A DNA stretch of 64,000 bases, taken from NCBI GenBank assembly GCA_964035545.1, contig OZ037769.1, forward strand, positions 17,142,633-17,206,632, written 5' to 3'. Made by a program: the position numbers and the translations under genes. Shown piece by piece: positions 35,801 through 48,500 of this stretch. The DNA comes from Bugula neritina (lineage: Eukaryota > Animalia > Bryozoa). Under the pieces are notes generated by a model. That model was given only the letters and a program-made list of their open reading frames with translations, was not told the DNA's origin and searched no databases. Within the stretch, counting starts at the first letter, position 1, and each line of letters begins with the position of its first letter.

Positions 35801-38361
35801 CACAGAAATGAGTTGTCCGGCACTCTACACGGGTTGACTCGGGTGAGGCGGTTCCAGCAGGACGACGCTCATATCTTCTGCATGCCCGAACAGGTGCGAC
35901 ATATTCCTGTCTTCCCTCCCTGTCTCTCCACCCCCTCTGTCTCTCTACCCCCTCTGTCTCTCCACCCCCTCTGTCTCTCCCCCCCCTCTGTCTCTCCACC
36001 CCTTCTGTCTCTCCCCCCCCCTCCTACTATCACATATTACTATCACATATTACTATCACATATTACTATCACGTATTACTATCACGTATTACTATCACGT
36101 ATTACTATCACGTATTACTATCACATATTACTATCACATATTACTATCATATATTGCCGGTAGATTGAGTCTGAAATGCAAGGCTGTTTCGACTTCATGG
36201 AGTATGTTTACGGAATATTTGGATTCACTTTTAAACTCAAACTGTCCACGAGACCCGAGAAGTACCTCGGAGACATCGAGGACTGGAACAAGGCCGAAGA
36301 GGTTAGTGTAGTCATGTGACTCAGTGTACTGAGAGTTGTTTGCCTGTTGCTAGGCGACCAGTAGGTATCACTGGTAGAGTTCTCTCCTCACCCTGTAACC
36401 TGTATTGTAGAGTCTAAGCAACAGTCTCAATGCCTCAGGACACCCCTGGGAGCTGAACCCCGGCGACGGGGCTTTCTACGGCCCTAAGATAGACATTACG
36501 ATACACGACGCGCTGAAGAGAGCTCACCAGTGTGCCACCATCCAGCTGGACTTTCAGCTGCCTTCTAGGTTTAATCTCCAGTACTCCAGGTGTCTACTTA
36601 CTCTATATATACTATATACTTACTCTGTATGTACTGTATACTTACACTGCATACTATATACTTACACTGTATACTATATACTTACACTGTATACTATATA
36701 CTTACACTGTCTACTATATACTTACACTGTATACTATATACTTACACTGTGTACTATATACTTACACTATACTATATACTTAGACTGTATACTATATACT
36801 TACACTGTATACTATATACTTACACTGTATACTATATACTTACACTGTATACTATATACTTACACTGTATACTATATACTTACACTGTATACTATATACT
36901 TACACTGTATACTATATACTTACACTGTATACTATATACTGTACACTATATACTTACACTGTATACTATATACTTACACTGTATACTATATACTTACACT
37001 GTATACTATATACTTACACTGTATACTATATACTTACACTGTATACTATATACTTAGACTGTATACTATATACTTACACTGTATACTATATACTTACACT
37101 GTATACTATATACTTACACTGTATACTATATACTTACACAGTGTACTATATACTTAGACTGTATACTATATACTTACACTGTATACTATATACTTACACT
37201 GTATACTATATACTTACACTGTATACTATATACTTACACTGTATACTATATACTTACACTGTATACTATATACTTACACTGTATACTATATACTTACACT
37301 ATATACTATATACTTACACTGTATACTATATACTTACACTGTATACTATATACTTACACTGTATACTATATACTTACACTGTGTACTATATACTTACACT
37401 GTATACTATATACTTACACTGCATACTATATACTTACACTGTATACTATATACTTACACTATATATACTGTATACTTAGTACTTAAACTGTATAATATGC
37501 TGCAGTGATGAAGTTGCGGTCACCAAGAGACCGGTCATGATACACAGAGCAGTCCTAGGCTCCGTAGAGAGGATGATAGCCATTCTTACAGAGAACTGCG
37601 CAGGGAAATGGTAAGTCAGCTCCGCCCCCCCCCCCCTACAACTTGACACGCCCCCCCTACAACTTGACACACCCCCCTACAACTTGACACGCCCCTCCCT
37701 AGCCCGATAGTCTAATTGTTGAATGTGTGTTGCAGGCCCTTCTGGTTGTCCCCGAGACAGGCTATTGTGATCCCGATAGCCGCACCCCTCAATGACTACG
37801 CGGAGGAGGTCAAGGCCAAACTGCACGATGCCGGCTACATGGCAGACGTGGACCTGGACGCAGGAAATACTCTGAACAAGAAAGTGAGGAATGCTCAGAT
37901 TGCTCAGTACAACTTCATACTCGGTGAGTGTGTTATATACTGTGTACTGTGTAAGTATTATATACTGTGTACTGTGTAAGTATTATATACTGTATACTGT
38001 GTAAGTATTATATACTGTATACTGTGTAAGTATTATATGCTGTATACTTTGTAAGTATTATATACTGTATACTGTGTAAGTATTATATACTGTATACTGT
38101 GTAAGTATTATATACTGTATACTGTGTAAGTATTATATACTGTATACTGTGTGTTATATACTTTGTGTTATATACTGTATGTGTTATATAAGACGTTGTA
38201 TGGTGTCTGTAGTGGTGGGGGAGAACGAAAGACAGGCTGGTACAGTCAATGTCCGCACTAGAGATAACAAGGTACACGGAGAGAGGTCTATAGATGACGT
38301 TCTCACCAGATTCAAACACTTGGCTGAGACTCACGAGAAAGACGCTGAGGAAAAGTTCTAG
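29868..38361 (+). CDS. TARS1: Cytoplasmic threonyl-tRNA synthetase, multi-exon
   Basis: TGS domain ([16 protein letters not shown]), [53 protein letters not shown] and anticodon-binding domain. The first exon at 29868 is less certain. Confidence 0.96.
30880..31025 (-). mobile_element. Degenerate tRNA-derived SINE remnant, ThrRS intron 1
   Basis: Minus strand TCATGGGTTCTAGTCCC...CCACTGGTGATGTCAAGAA resembles the element at 50825-51025. Confidence 0.4.
32323..32799 (+). repeat. 30-bp minisatellite x16 spanning a ThrRS acceptor junction
   Basis: Unit ACTGTAG|CTCAGTTTCACACAACTCTGTAC. Confidence 0.95.
32921..33810. repeat. (TAGTA/TAGTG/TATAG)n degenerate microsatellite, ThrRS intron
   Basis: Direct reading of the sequence. 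Confidence 0.95.
35448..35741 (+). repeat. 41-bp minisatellite x7 spanning a ThrRS acceptor junction
   Basis: Unit TATTACTGATGACAGAGTTGTATTATTTAG|TCTAATGTTTG. Confidence 0.95.
36600..37480. repeat. 20-bp minisatellite TACTTACACTGTATACTATA, ThrRS intron
   Basis: Direct reading of the sequence. Confidence 0.95.
37930..38190. repeat. 25-bp minisatellite with GTAAGT x8, last ThrRS intron
   Basis: GTAAGT every 25 bp from 37951 to 38126. Confidence 0.92.
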
Positions 38362-38370
38362 AAGGAAGTA

Positions 38371-38513
38371 CATGTTTACTATGACACTGTGTTATACATA
38401 TAGTCATGTTTACTATGACACTGTGTTATACATATAGTCATGTTTACTATGACACTGTGTTATACATATAGTCATGTTTACTATGACGCTGTGTTATACA
38501 TATAGTCATGTTT
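38371..38513. repeat. 34-bp repeat x4 in the ThrRS 3' UTR
   Basis: Unit CATGTTTACTATGACACTGTGTTATACATATAGT. Confidence 0.9.
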
Positions 38514-38852
38514 AATATGATATCTAGGCAATAGTGTCACAGAGACAGTGTATGCTGTGTCTACTTCCACACCAAATACTTTTAGCAAATGATATTCTGT
38601 AATTATTGTGATTTGACATTTACAAAATATACATGGTGAGCATAACTCCAACCAGCCCTCATTCATACTACAGATAATTATACTGGTTATAAATGAATAA
38701 AATGGACATAATATTTACATGAGTCAATAGATATACAATTACAAAGGAGACAACCCTAATTGGCCTCTAAACCCTGAAGTCACAATCTACAGTCTGGGTG
38801 TCCTGCTGACTCGACCCAGGGAGCCGAATGCTGTCGCTATGAGTCACCAGCC

Positions 38853-41850
38853 TCAGAACCCGTACTTGGCCTGAGTCTGCTGCCGGGTGGCTTTGTTGGC
38901 TGCCCACGTGTTCTTCAGCTCCAGTTCTCTCTCCTTCGCCTGCAACACAGTATAGAGTATAGAGAGCAGAAGTGCAGAGAGTATAGAGAGCAGAAGTGCA
39001 GAGAGTGTAGAGAGCAGAAGTGCAGAGAGTATAGAGAGCAGAAGTGCAGAGAGTGTAGAGAGCAGAAGTGCAGAGAGTATAGAGAGCAGAAGTGCAGAGA
39101 GTGTAGAGAGCAGAAGTGCAGAGAGTGTAGAGAGCAGAAGTGCAGAGAGTGTAGAGAGCAGAAGTGTAGAGAGTATAGAGAGCAGAAGTGCAGAGAGTAT
39201 AGAGAGCAGAAGTGCAGAGAGTATAGAGAGCAGAAGTGCAGAGAGTATAGAGAGCAGAAGTGCAGAGAGTATAGAGAGCAGAAGTGCAGAGAGTATAGAG
39301 AGCAGAAGTGTAGAGAGTATAGAGAGCAGAAGTGCAGAGAGTATAGAGAGCAGAAGTGCAGAGAGTATAGAGAGCAGAAGTGCAGAGAGTATAGAGAGCA
39401 GAAGTGCAGAGAGTATAGAGAGCAGAAGTGCAGAGAGTATAGAGAGCAGAAGTGCAGAGAGTATAGAGAGCAGAAGTGCAGAGAGTATAGAGAGCAGAAG
39501 TGCAGAGAGTATAGAGAGCAGAAGTGCAGAGAGTATAGAGAGCAGAAGTGCAGAGAGTGTAGAGAGCAGAAGTGCAGAGAGTATAGAGAGCAGAAGTGCA
39601 GAGAGTATAGAGAGCAGAAGTGCAGAGAGTGTAGAGAGCAGAAGTGCAGAGAGTATAGAGAGCAGAAGTGCAGAGAGTGTAGAGAGCAGAAGTGCAGAGA
39701 GTATAGAGAGCAGAAGTGCAGAGAGTATAGAGAGCAGAAGTGCAGAGAGTATAGAGAGCAGAAGTGCAGAGAGTATAGAGAGCAGAAGTGCAGAGAGTAT
39801 AGAGAGCAGAAGTGCAGAGAGTATAGAGAGCAGAAGTGCAGAGAGTATAGAGAGCAGAAGTGCAGAGAGTATAGAGAGCAGAAGTGCAGAGAGTATAGAG
39901 AGCAGAAGTGCAGAGGGTATAGAGAGCAGAAGTGCAGAGAGTATAGAGAGCAGAAGTGCAGAGAGTAACTGAGTAGGTGGTGTGGAAGGGAGACTTCAAA
40001 CTCACCTGGAACGCCAGGTAAGTGATCTGATGCTTTCTCTTCTGCTGACTAGAAGGTCCCTCCCCCTTCTTTCTGTGAGCAAAAGCTGCTGGATCCACCA
40101 CCTCTTCTGATATATTCTTAGTTAATTCTAGCTCGGATAATTTCTGATCATTTGAGTGGATGTCAATGAACTCTATAGCTTCTTTACCTCTTCCTTTCTT
40201 TCCTTGTAGCTTTAGAAACTGTAATAGTAAGTATAATACAGACAGGGTACACAGTAGGTCCCCTCTACATGTGGACCAGAAACAATGATAGATAAATACT
40301 CTATGTCTTCACACCAACTCTGTCATATCACAACACATGAATATGGGCAGCAGTACCTCCTTGTCATTTAATAAGTGGTGAACTTCATTAGCTTCTCTAA
40401 CTGCAGTCAGAGGTGTGTCATCCTCCCAGTTAGCTCCACCCCCAGTGTCATCCTCCCAGTTGGCTTCACCACTGACATCATCTGTCATGTTATATAAACT
40501 AGCGGCAGTAAGTCTGGCCGCCGGCTTCTCATCAGGTAAACTTTCATTGTGAAATGCACCATTAGCTAGGGTGGGGTCAGTTACCGTCCCTGTATGAGCC
40601 GAGTGAGATACAGGCTCTGAGTCTAACGAGAAGAAGTTGGTGGGAGGAGCTGAGAGCTGAGCAGATTCCGCCTCTTCCTCGCTATCGCTAGAATACTCCG
40701 TCGTTACTTTGTTCACCGAGCTGTTAGTCAGTGCAGGAGATTTCATTACTGCGCTGCCTCTGGACACTGATTGGCTGATGGGCAGTTTACTAGCAGACGG
40801 CTTACTAGCAGACGGCTTACTAGCAGAAGGCGCACTCTTGGTGAGAGTGTGAGGAATGAACTTCCTGCCGCTCTCTTTACCTCCACAGTTCCGTGGTGCC
40901 GGCAGACAGCCCAGAAACCCAGCGGCGCCAGAAAATGATTTCTGTTTCTTTGGAGTTGGCTCCTCCCCTTCAGAGTCCGAGTCCTACACATAGTTGATTT
41001 CTCTATACAATATTCCATTCAGTTTACTTTCTCGGTTTTATAAATTGCTTGCCATTGATAATTCTGAGATTTACAAATAATGTAAAGTTAAAGTAATGTA
41101 CAAAACAATATCATTTATCTCCCCATAAGTTTTCACGCTACACAACAAAACTTTAAGCTGAAAGCTGCATTGGCGTGGCAATTGCTTTTCTCTTTGCTTG
41201 TGAATAGAAAGAAACGGCTCCAATACACAACCTTCTTTACAGAATCTATCAATTTAATTTAAACTAACAATTATTACCTGCTAATACATAAACATGGACT
41301 AAGGGTGGTATTAGTTACCTGCTAGTATATAAATATAGACTAAGGGTGATATTAGTTACCTACTAGTATATAAACATGGGCTAAGGGTGATATTAGTTAC
41401 CTGCTAGTATATAAACATGGACTAAGGGTGGTATTAGTTACCTGCTAGTATATAAATATGGACTAAGGGTGATATTAGTTACCTGCTAGTATATAAACAT
41501 GGACTAAGGGTGATATTAGTTACCTGCAATGCAGGAACAGAAATCTGAATCTTGCCTTTGGCAGACAAAGTTTTCAGTTTGGCCAAACCCGCAGTAGCCA
41601 TTAGCTTAGGGGGTGGTTTTTCTAGAGGCGCATTTCCTAAAATCAGCAATAATTCTCAGATAAAACTTTTCTTAACACAGTCTTGAGGTTTCAAAACAAC
41701 TCAAGCTACCAAATCCCTACCATAGTTTGTTTTCTTTACAAAGTCTTCGAGCACATCATCAGAATTGGCATTTGTTGTTTTTGCTTCACTGACTTCCATT
41801 TCTTCATCACTCATGTCACTGTCTGAACCATAGTTAGCTACTAGTGCCAT
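38853..41850 (-). CDS. PRCC: PRCC (proline-rich mitotic checkpoint control factor), 5 coding exons
   Basis: N-terminus MALVANYGSDSD; C-terminus QKRKHQITYLAFQ|AKERELELKNTWAANKATRQQTQAKYGF. Confidence 0.93.
38953..39966. repeat. 24-bp minisatellite (~42 copies), last PRCC intron
   Basis: Unit AGAGAGCAGAAGTGCAGAGAGTAT. Confidence 0.97.
41272..41527 (-). repeat. 41-bp minisatellite (6 full units, 7 AG|GTAA junctions) spanning a PRCC donor
   Basis: Minus-strand unit GCAG|GTAACTAATATCACCCTTAGTCCATGTTTATATACTA. Confidence 0.93.
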
Positions 41851-43077
41851 CTAAACATGCCAAGAGAAATAGAGAGAGGTTATGAGCTACTCATCAATAC
41901 AGTATATAATACAATTACACTATAATATAATCTATATTATTTATCTAATACATTGTTATATACATTATTATATAAATAATACAAGTTTAAATATTAATTA
42001 TAATGATAAATAATGAATATAATGGAATTGAATAGAAAAGTCAATGTAAGTATTAAATATAATACAAATAAAATCATAATTGCATCAATAACAAATGTAG
42101 GTACTATTTATTCAATATTACAAATAAATTAATATAACCTAAAATATTGGTTATTATTATAAAATTAAATAATTAACATTCACATTGATATAACTTACAG
42201 TTACAATTAGAAGTATAAGTAAAACTTCAAGTCATTATAGGTAGCATAAAATGATTATAATAAACTAAAACTATTAATTGATTCTGATTATCAGCTGATT
42301 ATGACTATCTTAGCATCATACATGATGATTTACTATAACTATAAGCTACATTATTAGTATAACTAATGCTATCAAGATCAATTAATATTATACTCTACAA
42401 GTATAAGACTAGGAGTAAGTAACTAAGTTGAAGTTGAAGTTATCAAGTTGAAGCATAAATATTAATATAAATATAACTATAATTATAAAATAAAGTAAAA
42501 GCGAAATTCACTTTTAATGTAAATCACTAAATGTGATAACCACTAGGTAGCAAGTGATAAATAACCAAAAACCGTTTAGTTTGATTAACTCAAACATCAG
42601 TCACTCATCATCAGTCACAGATAGCATTTTGATAATCATAATGGTAATCATAATCATAATGATAATGATGACTTATAAGTTATAACTTATAAGTTATAAA
42701 TATAAGGCTAATACTAATAGTAATACTAATACTAATAGTAATACTAATACAGTAATAGTTATACTTATACTGTAACTGTTATACTTATAGTAATACACTA
42801 ATAGTAATAGTAATAATAGTAATAACTTGATTAATAAATATAATAATATGAATATCACTATGGCACTAGCTATGAATAATGAGCACGTCAATATTGTTTT
42901 ACCTTGAACTTTTTGCTGTATATAAGTGAAAGATTATGCTGTAATACTAATAAGTAATAAACAACACTTCTTCGCTTTTACTTTTTGAGTCTAATCATTA
43001 TCACTATAAGTATAATGTCGACGTTCACTCAACTCACCGAATCCATTAAAATATATAGCTGCCTTTCTTAAAACATT

Positions 43078-43838
43078 GAAATTTATTGCCTTGGTTCCAT
43101 GGATAATTATAAGCGTAATAAAAATAAATTCTATCGGCCCCATTATATACCCTTTTCTTCCTAAGTTAATTGCTCAGTTTTCATGAGATTTTATTTTGAG
43201 CAAAAATTAATATGCAGAGCCAGATGTAATAATTATAAGGACAAAAGTCGTAAAACAAACATCGGCATTTAATATAGGTACGTAAAAGTCACTCAAATTC
43301 GACGAACGATAATGATAGACATGCATTTTGATTTACAGAATTTATTGCCTTGGTTCCATGGATAATTATAAGTGTGATAAAAATAAATTCTATCGGCCCC
43401 ATTATATACCCTTTTCTTCCTAAGTTAATTGCTCAGTTTTTATGAGATTTTATTTTGAGCAAAAATTATTATGCAGAGCCAAAGGTAATAATTATAAGGA
43501 CAAAAGTCGTAAAACAAACATCGGCATTTAATATAGGTACGTAAAAGTCACTCAATTTCGACGAACGATAATGATAGACATGCATTTTGATTTACAGAAT
43601 TTATTGCCTTGGTTCCATGGATAATTATAAGTGTTATAAAAATAAATTCTATCGGCCCCATTATATACCCTTTTCTTCCTAAGTTAATTGCTCAGTTTTT
43701 ATAAGATTTTATTTTGAGCAAAAATTAATATGCAGAGCCAGAGGTAATAATTATAAGGACAAAAGTCGTAAAAAAAACAATAGCAGTTAATAAAGGTATG
43801 TAAAAGTCACTCAAATTCGACTAATGATGACGATAGAC
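43078..43838. repeat. 259-bp tandem repeat x3 between divergent PRCC and TMEM203
   Basis: ATTTATTGCCTTGGTTCCATGG recurs at 43081, 43340 and 43599. Confidence 0.93.
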
Positions 43839-44818
43839 CTACATAACAAATACTTATACTGGTAGTTTAAATAGTAATACTAATACTAATAGTAATACTA
43901 ATAGTAATAAGTAATAGTAATACTAATATACTTATAGTTATACTAATAGTAATACTAATAGTAATAGTAATACTATTACTACTAGTGAGTATTACTAATA
44001 GATTATTACTAAATCTAATAGTAATACTATTAAACGTAGTACGTGAGTACTACTGCTACTAGTAGTAGAAGTGGTAGTAGTAGTAGTAGCAGTAGTAGTA
44101 CTGATATCAAATTTATTTGAAATTTATATAACATAATAAAATTATTCTCGACCATATGGATATTTTAAATACATGTTGATGTTAATTCATAATTTATAAC
44201 TTGGGGTGTATCACAACTACTGACACTGCGAGAATAGTTTTATTTGCACCAGTGATTTTGATATAGTTGAACTAGAAGTAAACTATTTAAAGCTTGTTTT
44301 GTTTTAGCAGTGAATTGTCATTGGATTGTAGTATTATTCATAATTACAATAGTATCTGGTTTTAAATGTTCACGAAGGCTGATGAGTAGTAAAGTTGTAG
44401 TTTATAGTTCAGTATGGAATTGAATGAGCTCTTCTATTACAATTGTTCGCTACTTTTACTTACTACTATTAGTTAACTATTAGTATTACTAACATAATAG
44501 CTGATTAGATAGGGCTGAGCATGGCAGTACAATAATAGGACAGTGAAACAATGAGCAATTCTTATGCAGGAAATTTAGGACCAACTATTGAAATAGTAGG
44601 AGATGTTGCTTTAATGTGTGACTTTTTGCTACGGATTGTTTATAGGAAAATGGTAATGTTCACCCAGTTTGTATTTAGCATCAAGAAAATGTTCACATCA
44701 ATATTCAATCTTTAAGTTTTATATTTAGTTATAAAGCATAAACAAGTTTATATACGGTTTTGGTATAGTTGTGTTGCCGTGTTATAATGAATTGAACATT
44801 TGTCTTTTTGTTGGTAGA

Positions 44819-45280
44819 ATGATTCTGTTCAGTGTGACTGAGATATGTCACATACTAGGAGTTAGCCAGCTGGAATACTTCCTCCTCATCTCATCTTACA
44901 TTCCATTTACCATATTACTTTGCCTATATCACGAAGGTCTTGTACTACTGACTGCAGCAAAGGTGTTCATACCTTTATTTGTATATATTGCATTGCATTG
45001 GTATCTGGCAACAATCGTGTTAGTGAGGAGATTAAGACTGGGTATGTTGCGGCCAGCTGTTATCATCCCGAGATACGTGGGCAGTCTGTTCAGCATCATG
45101 ATGATGCTTACTACGCAAATACTGCTAGTTCAGCGACTGGACAGTCATAATACTGATGTGATGTTGTATTTAGAGATCTTTGTGCCGCTACTACTGTGGT
45201 TAGTGCTGGTAGCATTATTCCAGTGTGCTGGCTGTACCAGACAACACGGTAACTTCCAACCAGTCAGCTTCAACTCTTGA
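44819..45280 (+). CDS. TMEM203: TMEM203-like transmembrane protein, single coding exon
   Basis: MILFSVTEICHILG start, four hydrophobic segments, VFIPLF...YLATIVLVR motif. Confidence 0.75.
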   Translation: MILFSVTEICHILGVSQLEYFLLISSYIPFTILLCLYHEGLVLLTAAKVFIPLFVYIALHWYLATIVLVRRLRLGMLRPAVIIPRYVGSLFSIMMMLTTQILLVQRLDSHNTDVMLYLEIFVPLLLWLVLVALFQCAGCTRQHGNFQPVSFNS

Positions 45281-45511
45281 ATATTATGTTTTAAGTTGAA
45301 ATAACGTTTTTATTTATTAAAAACTAGGAGCTCATTTTCAACTTTGTGTATATACAACATATATGTAACTAATACAATGTAAATACAGTTTATATTTAAT
45401 TATTATATTATTTTTGCTAATAAATATCTTCAGAAACAAAAAAATTCTTGTCTTATCTTACTTACAAAATCAAGACAATCACAATACTGATTTACAAAAA
45501 ACCCAACTACT

Positions 45512-48500
45512 TTATATGTCAATACCGATAGCACACATCTTGATCTGGAGGAACTCATCCATGCCATATTTACCACCTTCTCTACCGATACCGGACTGTT
45601 TGTAACCACCAAATGGCGTTTCAGCACTGCTAACTGTTGTGTCATTACAGCCAATAAGTCCAGCTTGTAAGGCCTCCATCACACGGTAACACTGGGACAG
45701 ATCACTGCTGTAGAAGTAACCTACATAAACATTTACATTTTTCATTTTCCAAAGAATACCAGTGGCCAATCCAGAAATATCTTTAGCAGAACAAAAATAG
45801 TGCCTTAGATTTAGCTCAATAACCATACAGGAAACCTATTCTTTGTTAAATCAAAACAGTTCTGTTTCACTATCTATCTTTGGAAAACTAAGTAAAGTAT
45901 TATTCTCTTGCGCGTCCAACTACCGACTAGTTAGCAGCTTCTTTACTGCTCCACGTTAGCAGCAGGTCACATGACAGCGCAGTCATGTGACAGGTAATGG
46001 AGGAACTTACTTGCCAGACCTCTTTCGGTATTATTGGCTTTTCTAATTACTTCTTCTTCATAGTTGAATCTACAAAGTATGAAAATTCTGATGTCACATG
46101 CACAGTTAGGACTTTAACAAAGCCTCTCAATACAGTGAAACTTAACTTACAGTACTGGGAAACTAAGCAAATAACAAACTTCTTGAACCTCATTGTCATA
46201 AATAGCATAGCTTACTTGATAACACAAATAACAGGTCCAAACACCTCTTGGTGTAGGATATCCATATCCTCTGTGATTCCAGTTAACAGAGTTGGCTGGA
46301 AATACAACTCCCCGACATCTGTAGCCCTAGAACCACCGCAGATAACCGTGGCTCCTTTACTCTTAGCATCATTGACCAGTCTCTCTACCTGCACACAGTG
46401 TATAGTGTGTAGTATCAGGGCGTTATACTATAATGTTACATTCACTGCTGGGTGAGTACATCAGATAAATAAGTAAGAGGGGGCAGGCTGATACCCTCTC
46501 GTACTGCTAGTACACAAGGAACACAGTCCAAACCCACCTTCTCCAACCCTCTGCTGTTTATAAGTGGTCCAATACTAGTCGTAGAATCCATAGGATCTCC
46601 CATTTTCAATGATTTAGTGAGTTTAGTCAGTTCTTCTACTGCCCTGTCATATATCCCTGTAAGTACATAGGAATATCATATACAGTTAACCACCACTACA
46701 AAGTCTACACTGTACATAGTCTGTTGTAGATCCCTTTAGGGACATAGGAAAAATCTATACAGTTAACCACCATTACGAAGTCACTCACCTTTTTGGATGA
46801 AGAAAAACTGAGGGCTGATACACTTTTGGCCACAATTTTCAAATTTTGAATGCAAAGTTCCTGAGATGACCTTGGAAAGGTCAGCTGAGTCGAAAATGAT
46901 AAACGGACAAAGTCCACCGAGCTCTAAACTTATCCTCTTGACTTGTTTTGCACACTGGGACATCAATAGCTACAGAATCAATAGATATCATGTAATAGCT
47001 GCATAGAATCTATATCTAATATATTGTAATAACTGCATAAGAATAAAGTGAATAGAAATTAATTTGAATTTTTCTGACTTACTTTACCAACTTCACAAGA
47101 ACCTGTGAAAGAGACGGTAGAGACTTTAGGGTCAGAAGAGAAAAGCTGTCCGATACCGGCAGCATTAGATCTGCTGCAGGAGACTATATTTAGAACACCT
47201 CTGGGGATCCCAGCTCTGTTAGCTAACTACAAGGAAAAACAGAATAAATACATGAATCTACTCTGAGATAGATAATATACTAGAGAGGATGTTAAGTTAA
47301 TTGTAGGTGCAGCTGGTGTTGTCCATGAGACAAACTCCCCAGTACACTCACTCATTACATTCATGGTTATATAATACATATCATAGTAGATAGGGTAGCC
47401 TCAGTACCTCTACTAATGCAGTTGTGGTGTACGGGGTGTCCTCTGGGTTCTTCACAATCACTGTGCAACCGGCAGCCAGAGCTGGACCTACTTTACGAGT
47501 CAGCATGGCTATTGGCACATTCCACTACAACAGCATTGAGTTTCTACATACACAGTGGGCGTGGTATACTCACAGTGGGCGTGGTATACTCACGGTGGGT
47601 GTGGTATACTCCAGTAGGTGTGGTATACACACAGTAGGAGTGGTATACTCACAGTAGGTGTGGTATACACACAGTGGGAGTGGTATACTCACAGTGGGCG
47701 TGGTATACACACAGTGGGTGTGGTATACACACAGTGGGCGTGGTATACTAACAGTGGGCGTGGTATACTCACAGTGGGCGCGGTATACTCACAGTGGGCG
47801 TGGTATACACACAGTATGAGTGGTATACTCACAGTGGCTGTGGTATACTCATAGTAGGCGTGGTATACTCACAAAGTTACTTACTGCTTATCTACACTGT
47901 AGAGCAAAACTCATAGACAGGTAGATTATAAAGGAGTGATTGCATCATATGGGGTAGATATTATTTATGGTAAACTCTTCCTATACTGTCTCCTTAATAC
48001 TCAACTAATGAGCTCACATTGTTCTACTTCTCAGATATCATGGAGTAGTGTAATCTCAATGTGCTAGTTTAGACAGAAATCATGAGCTCCTTAATAACTT
48101 GACGCTACAGCAAAAGCGCTTTGAAATATTTTTTTGAAACTATAAAGATGGACACAAGTATTTGAAATATACAAACTGGTAGAATGATTCCAGCTACTCC
48201 AATCGGCTCTTTTCTTACAATGGATCTTCTATTAGTTACGGGGAACTCAATTGTCTCCCCATACACTCTCCTAGCCTCAGCCGAATACCAGTCTAGAAAT
48301 GAACCTGCAAGTTTTGCTTCCTTTTTACTTTCGGCAATTGGCTTACCCTGGTAACAAAGTGCAATGGGTGAATATGTTGTGCAAGAAGTTTAAATGGTAG
48401 ATCAGTGATTATCTAGTCACATGAGTAACTTACATTCTCTTCTGTTAACATCTCTCCAAGTTCTGGAATGTTCTCCAATATTAAACTGTACCATTTGTAC

